64,000 nucleotides of DNA. Origin: Lepidodermella squamata. Lineage: Eukaryota; Animalia; Gastrotricha. Location of the stretch: contig JBLDXI010000015.1 in the NCBI GenBank assembly GCA_047495785.1, positions 1,364,001-1,428,000 on the forward strand, written 5' to 3'. Below the pieces are notes generated by a model. The model was not told the DNA's origin. It saw only the letters and a program-made list of their open reading frames with translations, and made no database searches. Shown here piece after piece: positions 22,301-34,184 of the stretch (within the stretch, counting starts at the first letter, position 1; every line of letters begins with the position of its first letter). The position numbers and the translations under genes were made by a program.

Positions 22301-25300
22301 CTCGTAGCTAACGCAGCAATATCAAGGGCTATATATGCTGCTAAATATTCTGCGAAGGTGTTCTATATTAAAGATGCAGCTTACGTAGCTACTCTTGGCT
22401 TATCTACACGAATAAAAAACGAAAACAATCTCGACATTGATGTGCATCGAGTAGGACTTAAACGCTTAATAGCCATGTCAATGAATGAGAGTTCCGTTAT
22501 GGAAATAGGATCGCCGCTTGTTACCCACTTTTTACTTACAGGAAAAGGTGGTTATTTCTCCGATGAATTCGCCTCTTTGCTTTTAACTCAAGGCTTAAAC
22601 ATGCTTGAGGATAAAGATTTATCATGCATAATCACACAGAATAAACACGGTATGTTTGAAAGAAACGCGGCCATATATGATTATTTATATCGACCAAAAG
22701 AGCTAGAAAACATGCCCTGGTATTGGTATGTCCTGGCCTACAAAAAAGTTACGAAAAAAATGAAGAGCCACTACAGATTTCACCCCAATCATCCACAATA
22801 CGAATCACATCGTATTCTCATAAGAGCGCAGACTGTAGTGCCACGCATTGTCGGCCCAAGATTTCCGAACCGAGATAAATTAGATGAACATGAAGGTGAC
22901 GCCGAGAAATATTACAGATGTGCTCTACTATTGTATAAAGCTTTTCGAGATCCAAAAACAGAATTTCTAGACGAAAATGGCAGTTCCAAAATGGCGTTTA
23001 ATAATTGGAAAAAATCGAGAGAAATTCAGAACAAGCTTAATTATCACCAACAATTCTACTTTGCCCAGGAAGACAGTGCAAATTTCAGAAAAGAAGAAGA
23101 TGCCCGAGAAAAAGATATGGCCATTGAAAGCGAATATATCATAAACAAGAATTACAGCAGTGGCGATAAAATTATCTCAATTGACGATGAAAATTTGATA
23201 AATTTCTATAAAAAATCGTCGGACTGTTTACAGAGGGCTGAGACAATGCACACAGATATCATTGACGAATCAATTTCCAGTTTAGTAAATTTTACATTGA
23301 AAACAAATCTCAGACAAAGACATGAAGCAGAATATGGTTCGGACGAGATACAAATAAAAAAGCCAGTGACTCGAGAACAGTTGAAGGAGGTTAATGATAA
23401 GGCGAAAATAAACGCTATGACTACGATTTCAGAGAGCGAAAGCACAGAAACACGGCAAATATACAAAAATATTGAGTTGCCCCAAACCCAGGCTATAATC
23501 CTGAAACGCATAACGGAAGCAATAACATATAACCGACATGAAAGTGTACATTACACAGAAGAGATAGGAAATAAAATATACCCCACACTCGCTGAGGTTT
23601 CCGCATACTTCAAACTCAACTTGAAACAGCACTATGTTTTCATTTTATTCGCCGGCCGTGTTCTAATAAAAGCTTTTGATATTCAAATTGAGTGTTTACC
23701 CGAGATTTTCACGAAATGCGATCCTTTACTAGTTATCGGTTCAGGAGGATGCGGCAAGTCACAGACTATTTTTGCAATTCAACACTTCTTCAAAATGTGG
23801 GGCCTAGCTAATTGCGTCAGCTATGAGGGAACTACAGGCAACAGTGCAAGTATTATACGCGGCGAAACATTACATTCATCATTTTCTTTGAAACCACCGA
23901 TAAACGACATTCCTAATCATCTGAAACAGCCGAGCGAAGAGTTAATTAACAAATGGCGCGGAATCCACGGACTAATACTCGACGAGGTAAGCATGCAAAA
24001 CCAAAAAACATTCGGAATAGCAATCGAAGCCCTTTACGCATTAAAGGAAACAAAAAAGACAAAAAAATGGCCAGATATACAGATAATGATACTAGGTGAT
24101 TGGTTTCAGCTCGAACCAGTTCAATCACGATTCCTCTTTCAGCCACCAAAAGAAGCCGATCAATTTACACAAATGGCGTATGAAAAATATATGTCAATAA
24201 AAAACGTTATATATCTAACAGAACAACACAGGTATATAAACGATCCAGTCTGGGGAGAAGAGCTAAAAAATGGTAGACGAGGAAAATGGACGCAAGTAAT
24301 AAAAGACATCCTCGACGGGTGCGTCATTCAAGACTTGTCGCAACTCAACGAACTAGTAGGAAATGCGCCTATTGTCTCTCCTGATAATAACACACGACAC
24401 ATGGTTAATATGGCTGCTTTACAGAAAATAGCAACAGAAAACCAAGATCAGCGCGTATTTAAAATACCAGCGATTATACGAGGAGCTTCAGTCGCCGACA
24501 TGCTATCAATTTTCCAACTTCCAGAAAATAAAACAGGGAATATACCAGCAATTTTACATGTGTTTGAGGGTATGCCAGTAAAAATTAAAGTAAACCAAGC
24601 TGTGAGTAAAGGTGTATGTAATGGCGCGAGCGGAACAGTAAAATATATTCAATGGGAAAAAGACACTGAGTTCACTCAGGACGGCGTATTTTGGCGTCCT
24701 AGCAAACCACCAATAAATATATTCGTAGACATCGAAGGAAACAATAATTCGTTGAGATTTCCAGGTTTACCGCGATTTTGGCCCGCGAGTGTCATGCCGA
24801 TAAAAAGAGAATCACGGTCAGTGAAGTTAAATCGACACGGTAAAAAGTATACTATAAACAACTTTCCCATACAACCTGCATATGGTGCAACGTGTCACTC
24901 AATCCAAGGCAGCACGCTTGAGTATATTATAATAGCAGACCCACGTCCGTCCAGCATGAAGAAAATAGATGCGCATAGCTTATATTTAGCGCTGTCAAGA
25001 GCAAGAACACGAAAAGGTGTTATTTTGCTAAAAAAATTAACAGACGACGATTACGCATTTTTCACGCCAAAATCGAGCACTCTTAAAGAGGACGAGCGTC
25101 TCATAGGGCTGAGTAATCAATTAGAATTGCTTTTGCAGTCGTATTTTGACAGACAGAAGGACAATAATTCGAATTGGGTGTCTAATTTCGGACGCAAATT
25201 CACTTCTTTCGTTGAGATGATAAATAATAAGAAAACGTTCAACACTACCAGCGACAGCGATGAAGATGACGATGATTGTGATAGTGATGCGTGGAACTAT

Positions 25301-26386
25301 GAGGAGGAAATACGACATTACGTTAGCAACATCACAGCAGCGAACACACGTGAAAACGACAGAGAAAATATCAAACGCGCACCTCAAACAAAACAAAACA
25401 TCAGCAACGCTACACCTTTTACGCAGAGTATAAACAATTATGTGCACACATCAGCAGAAAAACACATGCAGCCAGCAAACACGTCCAACTCAGGAATTCG
25501 CAATATCGGAAACACATGTTATATTAATGCGAGTTTGCAAGCATTTGACGTTTGCATTGGTTTCAAAGAATGGCTCCAAGCACATCTAACGTGGTTGAAT
25601 GAGACACAGCATGACGCCCATGTCAGTGATATTTTCAGCAGTCTTTTCACGATACTACAACAAATAAACAATCGACTAGACAATGTGGATGCGGGGCGGT
25701 TCAAAACAGCAATGGGCGTACTGCATCCCAATATATTTCAAAATTTCGAACAACAAGATAGCCGAGAAGTGTTTTTAAAAGTAGTCGAACTTGAAACTCC
25801 GGATCTACTTCATAACTTTGGCATTAGCTTGTGTTACCGCGATTCATGCACTATATGTAACACGCAAACCGAGCGCCTCGAACGTACGTCACTCGTTAAT
25901 TTGCTCCTACCCGAAAACAACAGCCAGTGTACAGTAGAAGAAATAATAAACGAATATTGTCACACTACAATTGTTAAGGAATGCAGCAATTGCAAAGAAA
26001 ACAAGATGCATAATCGGGAAATTTTGTTTCAGGAACCATCTAGCAACGTAGTTTTACATCTCAGCCGTTTTGATCAATATCAACACGTTATTGATCATGA
26101 CAAAGAGAGCTCAAGCAAATCACAACCGGCGTTAATCAATGACCAGAAAAATCTATCGCCTGTCACTTATCCGGATCATATAACGATAGCAAATAAAAAC
26201 TATGATCTCTCAGCAATTATATGTCACCACGGAATAAACGTGACTAGTGGGCATTATACAACATTCGCCCGAAAAACTGGAACAACAACATTTTATCACT
26301 ACAACGATGATAAAGTCAGACAAGCCACAAATTTCCTTGACCAGCGTCGCGAAGTATATATGTTGTATTATACATTACACACATAG
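19347..26386 (+). pseudogene. Helitron RepHel transposase (HUH Rep + Pif1/SF1B helicase) fused to a C-terminal USP/peptidase C19 domain; interrupted by two frameshifts (~21128, ~21484)
   Basis: N-terminal charged repeats, P.FAIA..F..G, FPCLFQYG.GG, F.THPTFK. The bridging frame 21135-21490 reads ...GSNEER...GIPSLFFTFTP (Rep motif 1). Then ESQARLRIHCHG (HUH motif 2), QIH..HTFTC...CRFKFP...VNNY...NIDI...YAAKYSAK (motif 3). Helicase: GSGGCGKS, GETLHS, LILDEVSM, GDWFQLEPV, LTEQHR, GVCNG, FPIQPAYGATCHSIQG, YLALSRAR. USP: GIRNIGNTCYINASLQ, QQDSRE, CTIC/CSNC, LHLSRF, YDLSAIICHHG, GHY, YNDDKV, YMLYY. Confidence 0.92.
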
Positions 26387-26914
26387 TGTTTTTTCATTTC
26401 CTCTCCTCTCTTTTCAATCACATCATCAGCTTGCAGATAAGAGCCGTAGTCTTGGGCGAAAAACCACACCTATTGTAAGCCGTTGCGCAACGCCGATTTC
26501 GCTTCGCCCCATTGACGCGTGCACACACACCTGGAATGACGTCGTAACCAGACTCGACAAAACGAAGCCAGTAATTAGCGACGAAAAGTGCCATTATAGG
26601 CAACCAGCAACCCCGTCATTAGCGAGAGGTCAGAAGAGCAGTTGTCACTACTAGTCAATAAAAATATAATTAGCAGATAAATCAATCGAGAGCCTCCTTA
26701 ATTTTGTGACTTACCGGCCACTAATATTACTAGCGTCAGCGACCAGGCGATCAGGTCGCTGGGTCAGCCGTTTCTTCTCGCCGCCAATCGATAATTAATT
26801 ACCCGCCGTGGGTGAGAACAGTCAGACACGGACCATTCGTGCACTCTGCGACTAACTGATAAATAGATTTTTCAAAACTAAAGGCTTCGTTTGTTTTTCA
26901 ACTCGTAACTCACC

Positions 26915-27619
26915 ATGGAGAGACAATCAATTGCAGAACTATGGCAAGGCGACTACAACTTCTACCTGCAAGGCGTGGTGCAGGGAGCCCCGCAGAAGAT
27001 CGCCGACGGTTCGCAAATGGCTGTCGTACTTAACGACCAAACCGGAACTATCCGTGTCGTTATCAAAGGCACAGGACTGCCCCCGCTCTTCAACGGCTGC
27101 TCGATTCGAGTTCAGGAACCGACCATTTCGGTAACTAACTGTTTTATGTTAAACAATCTGTTTCATCTTTCCTTGCATCTCTTCGTACAGGCAGCATCTC
27201 GCTACAGCGAGACAGGCCACAAATACGAGTTGTGGGCTGACGTCACCGACATTGAACACAGCCCGGAATGCACGGCTGCCCACGTTGACGAATACGCTCT
27301 TGTTGACGACGTGGCTCACGTCAACCTCCACGAGAAGGTTGCCGTCAAAGGGCTCATCACTCACGTCTTCCCCAAGAAGCCGAGCGATAACCGTTACCGT
27401 TTCGATATCGCCGGCCGAAACCGCGTCATCCTGGTTGTGGCCTTCGGCGAACGAAGCATGCCGATCGAGGGCACCGTCGTTCAATTCAAAGGGGTGGTGG
27501 GCCACTTCGCTCAGGACCGCCAGATCAACGTTAGCGAACGTAATGCCATCGTCGTGGTCAATGAACCAGCTGACCAGTATCGCCCCCACGGCAACGCTAA
27601 ACGCGCACCGATTGTCTGA
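26915..27619 (+). CDS. RPA70-like two-OB-fold ssDNA-binding protein (element-borne), with a probable 60-nt in-frame intron at 27131-27190
   Basis: IAEL...F.LQGVV...VVLNDQTGTIRV...G....|A..RYS.TGH.YEL....T.I resembles RPA70 DBD-A. V.VKGLITHV...R.DI.......VVAFGE......V.FKG.V..F...QINV resembles DBD-B. The insert gtaact...cttcgtacag has splice ends and a pyrimidine tract. AATAAA lies at ~27819. Confidence 0.75.
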   Translation: MERQSIAELWQGDYNFYLQGVVQGAPQKIADGSQMAVVLNDQTGTIRVVIKGTGLPPLFNGCSIRVQEPTISVTNCFMLNNLFHLSLHLFVQAASRYSETGHKYELWADVTDIEHSPECTAAHVDEYALVDDVAHVNLHEKVAVKGLITHVFPKKPSDNRYRFDIAGRNRVILVVAFGERSMPIEGTVVQFKGVVGHFAQDRQINVSERNAIVVVNEPADQYRPHGNAKRAPIV

Positions 27620-28013
27620 TCTGCATCACGGCGGGCCACATCTAATCTGAAATGCAACACAGTTTACGACATTTCACTGATTTGACTGAATCCACTCACC
27701 TGTTGACTGTTTTCCTTCTCTGATCATCATCTGAGTTTACTTCTCATCATTTGATTTTCATTTCATCCGATCCTCTGACATATGATTGCATACTACTGCT
27801 GCTCGTTTCATAAAACCTAATAAACACATTTAATCGCAACATTTGTCTTTTTGACATCACACATTAAGAAGAACAATGATAAAAAGGATGATAATGATGA
27901 TAAAACTGGTCAAGATCTAAAAGGTTAGGCCCTAACGGCTCCTTACGGAGTAAGGCCTTTTTAATTATTATCCATTTAAACCATTCGAGGTGATGTTTCC
28001 ACATATTTCTATA

Positions 28014-28210
28014 TCTATATCATTCAGTGACAAAACCCTGAGACTAATATTCTAGTACTCTACCGTCTCAAGGACAGAACCAAAGGTGTCTTACGTCGAA
28101 CAAAACTACGGACGCAAAACGCAACGCGAATACACTAAAAACAAATCGGTACAAACGAACATATATGTTTTTAAAAAGATACGGCGCGAAAACTTTTGAT
28201 TATCTACTAG
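28014..28210 (+). mobile_element. Possible ~200-bp non-autonomous canonical Helitron
   Basis: A|TCTATAT start and CTACTAG|T end fit the TC...CTRR termini and A|T target rule, but the subterminal hairpin is poorly formed. Confidence 0.35.
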
Positions 28211-30363
28211 TATAAATTAAATTTAGTATAAATAGTTTTTATTATTTATTAATATGCTATCATTTGGTCTATTTAATAACCAGATTAGCCGCATGCGAAA
28301 ATAAATTTTCTAACTGATTCCCGGTTACGCAAGAGTCAGCCTTTGCCTCGTTGACGCATCTTTTCTACGTCAGTCATCTCTTACTAGACCTTTTCTATAT
28401 AAAACATCAACATAAACCTCCTTTTTCCGCAAGACAACGCAAGACAAGGGGACCTGCCCATTACGCCACGCTGCAAGCGCAGCGCAGCGGCGTAAGACAA
28501 TTTTATCATCATTTACGAACTGCTTTCAAATCTATTATATCGAGAACATGAAAACATGTTTGTGTCAATCCATGTTTTAAAATGGCAAACGGCATGAGCT
28601 CACATGATCAGGGACCGGGCAGTTTCGCGGTTAAAATCAACTGACGGTGATCAAAAAAAACGAAAAGTTTTCACGCAAAAATTCTACAAAAAAGCACGCA
28701 ATTATTAATGGTATTATTATTGATGGCTTTATTTAAACTAAAATAAAAATAAAAATTAATCGATTATTTTGATAACTTTTTTATGTGACCTTCACTTCCA
28801 AATTTAAAAATATTGGCGCCAAAATTTGCATTGCGGTTTCGCATCCGCCGTGTAGGGGTCGTAGAGTGTAGTCGGTGAGCATTTTCCTGGAAGGGACTGG
28901 TTCATTATTTAGTTTTGGATAATCTTTAATTTTTACGCATCGTGTGATATCTTGAGTTGAATTATCAAGCTTTATGCCTGTGCACTCTTGACCTTACCCG
29001 CTTGCTGCATCTTTTTTCTAATGCCTAGAAAAATCTTCTTTGTTGTCATCATTTTGCTTTCGGGTTGATTTAATTTCTCAGCTTGAATCTTAACTACTGT
29101 AATCTTTTTCGAAGTTCGTTTTGTTCGATTTATCTTAATCTAGTTCCTTTTAAACTTTTCCAACCTTGGTGTAGGGAATGTCTAGGTAGTTCTCGTTTGT
29201 ATTCGGTATTTGGGTAAGGGGTAAGTAGGTATGCTAACTTGCCACACCGGAATCCTGCGAATTTCCTGTTAACATTGGCCTGCCTCCGATAATATCAGCT
29301 GGCTCCGGGGAATTGTTTTGATCACACTTAAATTCAACAGTTGACAGGTGACGAAATTTTTCTTTAGTTCGTGGTTCGTGGTGGGCAATAAATTTGAAGC
29401 TGGAGCATCTTTCTCCATTTACCGTGACCCATACAAAAGCTTGAACTTAATGAATAAAGGTTGGTTTCATTGAGGCTGAGGTCGCGTATTTCTTAACTTG
29501 AGATTCAATTATTTTAAGCTCGATTCTACAATACTTCTTTGGAAAGTAATTTTAGTTTGGTGTGCTAGGGTGCTAGCAGCGAGAAGTCACTTGCACTTTC
29601 CTTGTGCCTTGGTTACAAGTGCTGTACCAGATATCAGTAATTGAACTATTCGTGAATCTTGGATAGTAGATGCTAGTTGATGGTTGACGCCTATTTCGCA
29701 CGTTTTCACATTTATACCGCAGTCCCTTGGCCTCCTTCCTATTTCTCAAGTTCATTTCGTCCTCGCATTGTTCAATACATTCTATTCATTTTCATGTAAT
29801 CTTTGTGCTGCGCTTGACCGGGGTAATTATTCCTAATCAAGTAAATCAATCATTCCATCGCTAGGAGAACAGTGTGCGTCATATTGTTGGTTGTTGGCAA
29901 GTTAATTCTCGTTCGTCATGTACGAATTTTTCTATGCGCATTGTATTTCATGGCAACTTCATAGCTCTGAATTCTTTTTATCATCGGCTGTCGATTGGCT
30001 GGCAAATTAGCTTTCAAGAAACCGTTCGGTATGTACAATGACAAATTCGACGCACTACCTCTGATTACCAACCTCATCGTCTCCTTCTTGGAGTATTAAA
30101 AAATTACCTATGTAGTTGACAGCTGGTTCTCTAAATAAATGTTCTAAAAGTCAAGGCTATCTTGGTGTATCGCAGGTTGTTGATATCTGATTATCCTTAC
30201 CTTTCCTCCAATGCATGCGAACACGGATATGTGAAATGTTTCTGAATCTTTTTACTTTTGTCAACAAAAAGATAAGACTCGTGAAATAACGCTACTTTTC
30301 TCATTCTTATTTTAGTCCGGCGCAAGCTTGCAAAGCTTGAAAAAGCAACTGTAATCTGCAAAA

Positions 30364-33301
30364 ATGTTAAGACGCTCAGCGCAGTGTGTGTTTAGCTCCA
30401 TCATGTCCACTACTTCAGCCAGACTGACCGGCGCTATGAAACCCAAGGTTGTTTACATGCACTTATAATGCGTAATGTAGTATTAGCAGTACCCCTGTTA
30501 TTATTATTATCATTGCTATTAACATTCAACAACCTCGCTATGCTTCCATGATAACAACGCATTTAATTTTGAACGAAATTTCGTTTGGTTTGAATTTTTT
30601 TTCCGCTGTGCTAGAATACAATTTTCGCTCTATCAGCTACAATGCAGAGCAACGGAGAAGCTCACCAGAATGGCGGTTTGCATACAAGGTTAGATTCGAA
30701 ATTTTCGAGAAATTAATTTTTGACCTAGTTAAAAATGACACACAGCTGCAAAACTGGCTCGAGGCCGAAAACTTGGCTCAATTCAAGCGTGGCCGAAATC
30801 GACCCGGAAATGCACGATCTGATTCAGAAGGAGAAAGTTCGCCAACTCGAGGGGCTTGAAATGATCGCCTCGGAAAACTTTGCGAGCTGCGCTGTTCTGG
30901 AAACGCTCGGCTCTTGCCTCATGAACAAGTACTCCGAGGGTCTGCCGGGCCATCGTTATTACGGCGGTAATGAAATTATCGATCAAATCGAAACTCTGTG
31001 CCAGAAACGAGCGCTTCAGGTCTATGGCCTAGACCCGGAACAGTGGGGCGTTAACGTCCAGCCGTATTCTGGGACCCCGGCGAATTTCGAGGTTTACACC
31101 GCGATTCTAGGCCCGCATGGCCGTCTGATGGGCCTGGACCTGCCTGACGGTGGCCATTTGTCGCATGGCTATCAAAGCGCGACGAAGAAAGTCTCGGCGA
31201 CTTCGATGTTTTTCGAGTCGATTGCGTATAAAGTTGACAAGGAGACGGGGTTGTTGGACTACGATAAAATGACGACGATTGCAACGGCTTTTCGGCCTAA
31301 GATTTTGGTTGCGGGCATGAGCTGTTATCCGCGATTTTTCGACTACGCTCGTATGAAGAAGATCGCTGATAGCGTTGATGCGTATTTGATGGCCGATATG
31401 GCGCATATTAGCGGTCTCGTCGCTGGTAAGGTCATTCCAAGCCCGTTCGATCACTGCGATCTTGTTACAACCACAACTCACAAGTAAGTCTATAGGTCTA
31501 TACTTTTTTACGATTGGCTGTTATGGCTAATACGGTGTGTCCCATAAGTAACGCAAGCAAATAAAATACACGGAAAAAGGGTTCTGAAACTCCAAAATGA
31601 GAGACAAAGTCAAATCTCATGGCCAGACAAATTTTTGAAAAATCACGAGAATAGTAATCAAGTATGTCAGTTGTTAATGGGATTAGAAAAGTCCGGAGAA
31701 ATCTGGTCAAACCAGGTAAAATACCAAAAATTACCGAACCAGTTACCATCCGGGTTTTTCCCGGTAAATTTTTGTATTTCTTGGGTTAAATCGAGAATAA
31801 AAAAAAATGATCTCTCGGTAGGTAATTAAAAAACTATAGTTGACGTTTCTAAAATAAGTTGCCAAATTAAAAAATAGTTGCGCAACTTCTGGGAGACGCT
31901 GTATGGTTGAGCTTTAAGAAATATAAATTCTCATTCTCAGCCGTGAGCATAATTTTCTTTCTCGAATTTATGAAATGTTTGCCATTTTGAAATTGAAAAA
32001 CTTAACCAATCCTTTTGCATTGGTTTTATCTCAATTTTAATGTTTTAACAAAATTTATAATTTTTACTAATTATTTTACTTTTTTATTTTACTTTTAGGA
32101 CTCTTCGTGGCCCGCGTGGCGCGTTGATTTTCTTCCGCAAGGGCGTTCGCCGCGTGCTGAAAAACGGCGAGAAGGAGATGTACGACTTTGAGAAGCGCAT
32201 CAACGACGCTGTTTTCCCCGGTCTGCAGGGCGGCCCGCACGAGAATCAAATCGGCGCCTGTGCTGTTGCGCTCAAGGAAGCTATGACCCCGGAATTCCAC
32301 GAATATCAAAAGCAGGTTAGCATCACAATTTATTTTTCAAATTTAACTTCCAATTTTGGCCAGAAAATTATTTAATATTGAATTTTTTTTAACGAAATTG
32401 CTGGCGAGCCGACATTATTTGTCCTAAAAATTGCCAAACCTTGAATTTTTTGTAGATTTTTGGTATCCTGAAGTCGAATATTTTTTTAAATTGTTTTTGC
32501 TCATTTTTTCAGGTCTTGGCCAATGTTCAAGTTATGGTCCGCGAGCTCACAAGCCGTGGTTACAAAGTTGTAACCGGCGGTTCTGACGTGCATCTCGTGC
32601 TCGTTGATTTGCGCCCGATGAAGCTGGACGGCAGCCGCGCCGAGCGCATTCTCGAGCACATCGGCATCGCCGTGAACATGAACACGGTGCCGGGTGACGT
32701 GAGCGCCCTGCGCCCGGGCGGCATCCGCATCGGCTCGCCGGCCTTGACTTCGCGCAATTTTAAAGAGGCCGATTTCACCAAGGTCGTCGACTTCATCCAT
32801 CGAGGTTAGTTGAACTGACATCTCAGATTCTGATTTCGGAAAATTCATATTTTCGCGAAATTTAAAAAAGGCGAAAAATCGCTGAAGTTTCAACGTTTCC
32901 TGCAATTTTGTCTATTTTTGTCAACATTTTCAGTGAAAAGCTGATTGAATCACTATAAAGAGCTAATTTCGATATTGGAAATTTCCATCGATAATTTTAA
33001 TCGAACAAATAATCGATAATTCAAATTTTGAAAAAATTCGGGAATTCTCAAGAAATATTGTTTCCTCAATTAAATTCTGCAATTTTTGAAAACTATATCC
33101 CAGTCAATAATTCCTATTTTTCCGATATTTTCAGGCATTCAGATCTCGCTGGAAATCCATTCCGCAGCGGGCAGTGATAAATTCAAGGATTTCGAGGCGA
33201 AAATTCCCGATTTCAAGCCGAAAATCGACGCGCTGCACGAGGAAGTCAAGAATTTCGCCCGCGGATTCCCGATGCCTGGCTATTTCGACAAGCTGATGTA
33301 A
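30364..33301 (+). CDS. SHMT: Serine hydroxymethyltransferase, copy 1
   Basis: [55 protein letters not shown]|TLRGPRG (PLP lysine), [28 protein letters not shown]. Core exons 30729/30746-31483, 32099-32315, 32514-32804, 33135-33301. The first exon is ambiguous (see findings). Confidence 0.95.
31533..31901. mobile_element. Tc1/mariner-type MITE in an SHMT intron
   Basis: TA-flanked. The left end cggtgtgtcccataagtaacgcaa resembles the reverse complement of the right end (cagcgtctcccagaagttgcgcaa). An internal segment and the right end recur at 54221-54396. Confidence 0.65.
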
Positions 33302-34184
33302 AAATTCGCCGCTGAATAATGACTCTTCCTAATTTTTTTGTGGGTTATTAACATGCCAATTTTTTTTGAGAAATATCGTAATAAATTGGGTCAAAAACTG
33401 CTGATAATTTTTTGTTGTTTCCGAAGACTAACGCATCGCTTTCTTCATCTTCTTTCACTGAAACAGTGCTGATATAATAAATTATGTGAAATTGACGGGC
33501 CTTAATTCGGCTGAATTTTGCGATCAAATGCGAAGGTTTATTGCGTTTGCTGTTTATTATTACTACCATTATTACGTAATAGTCGTAATTTAAAATAATA
33601 AAATCAGGACAAGTTATCACAGTTTTTCGTGCGTGTTTCTACGCGGTCACGTTTTTCCTATACAGTGATATCGGTATCCAGGCATTTTCGGTATTTTTTT
33701 CCTCGCGGGTTTATTTGCCGGCTTTTGTTCAGCTGTCAGCGTCCACTTGCGGCGATTAAACGCAACCGTATCACTTTCATAATTAATACCGGCTAATTAA
33801 TAGCAGTGTCCTGAAACATATTCGGCCAAAATTCCAGGTGCATTATAGCCTGGCCACGCCAATTTTGGCCCTGTTTTTCAGGGCAATAGCTTTTGCACTT
33901 GTTTGTCAACTGTCAACAAGTTAGTAATAAACCGACACGCGCGACCCCGTCTTAAATCGGTCATTAAAATCGCTTTTTGTTATTATTGCGAAAGAAAGCG
34001 AAAGTCGGAACGATGCGCACTAAACATCGAAAATCACGTCAACAGTCGTGGCTGTCCACGTGCTTTCGATATCGCATTACAAAAAAAATCATTTATTGCT
34101 GGGTGCATAGTCTACATATTATAGTAAGACAAAAATCTAATTCGCTGTTTGTCATAGATTTCTAATTATTTTCGACTTGGAAAA

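Larger units (their letters stand above)
18960..28210 (+). mobile_element. Helitron-class rolling-circle transposon (Helentron/Helitron2-like RepHel) carrying a USP deubiquitinase domain and an RPA-like gene; termini approximate
   Basis: HUH Rep and Pif1 helicase in one reading-frame series, a downstream OB-fold gene, 5' minisatellites, and 3' hairpins (27925-27958, 28461-28496) plus a CTAG|T at 28207-28211. Exact ends could not be fixed from a single copy. Confidence 0.85.

Noticed and set aside
19347-26386. Host Pif1 helicase or host USP gene, or an endogenous virus
   Set aside because: HUH Rep motifs 1-3 precede the helicase in Helitron order, the ORF is intronless unlike host genes here, and no capsid or polymerase gene is visible.
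19151-28334. 10-bp inverted match TCTTGCGTAA / TTACGCAAGA as Helentron subterminal repeats
   Set aside because: A 10-bp match between two ~1-kb flanks is expected by chance and it does not extend.
28855-28915. tRNA-like start (GGGGTCGTAGAGTGTAGTCGGTGAGCA)
   Set aside because: No convincing anticodon arm, T arm or acceptor stem; at best a decayed SINE head.
28950-30250. Possible decayed retroelement on the minus strand
   Set aside because: Looks like degraded coding sequence, but I could not identify a diagnostic RT or endonuclease motif.
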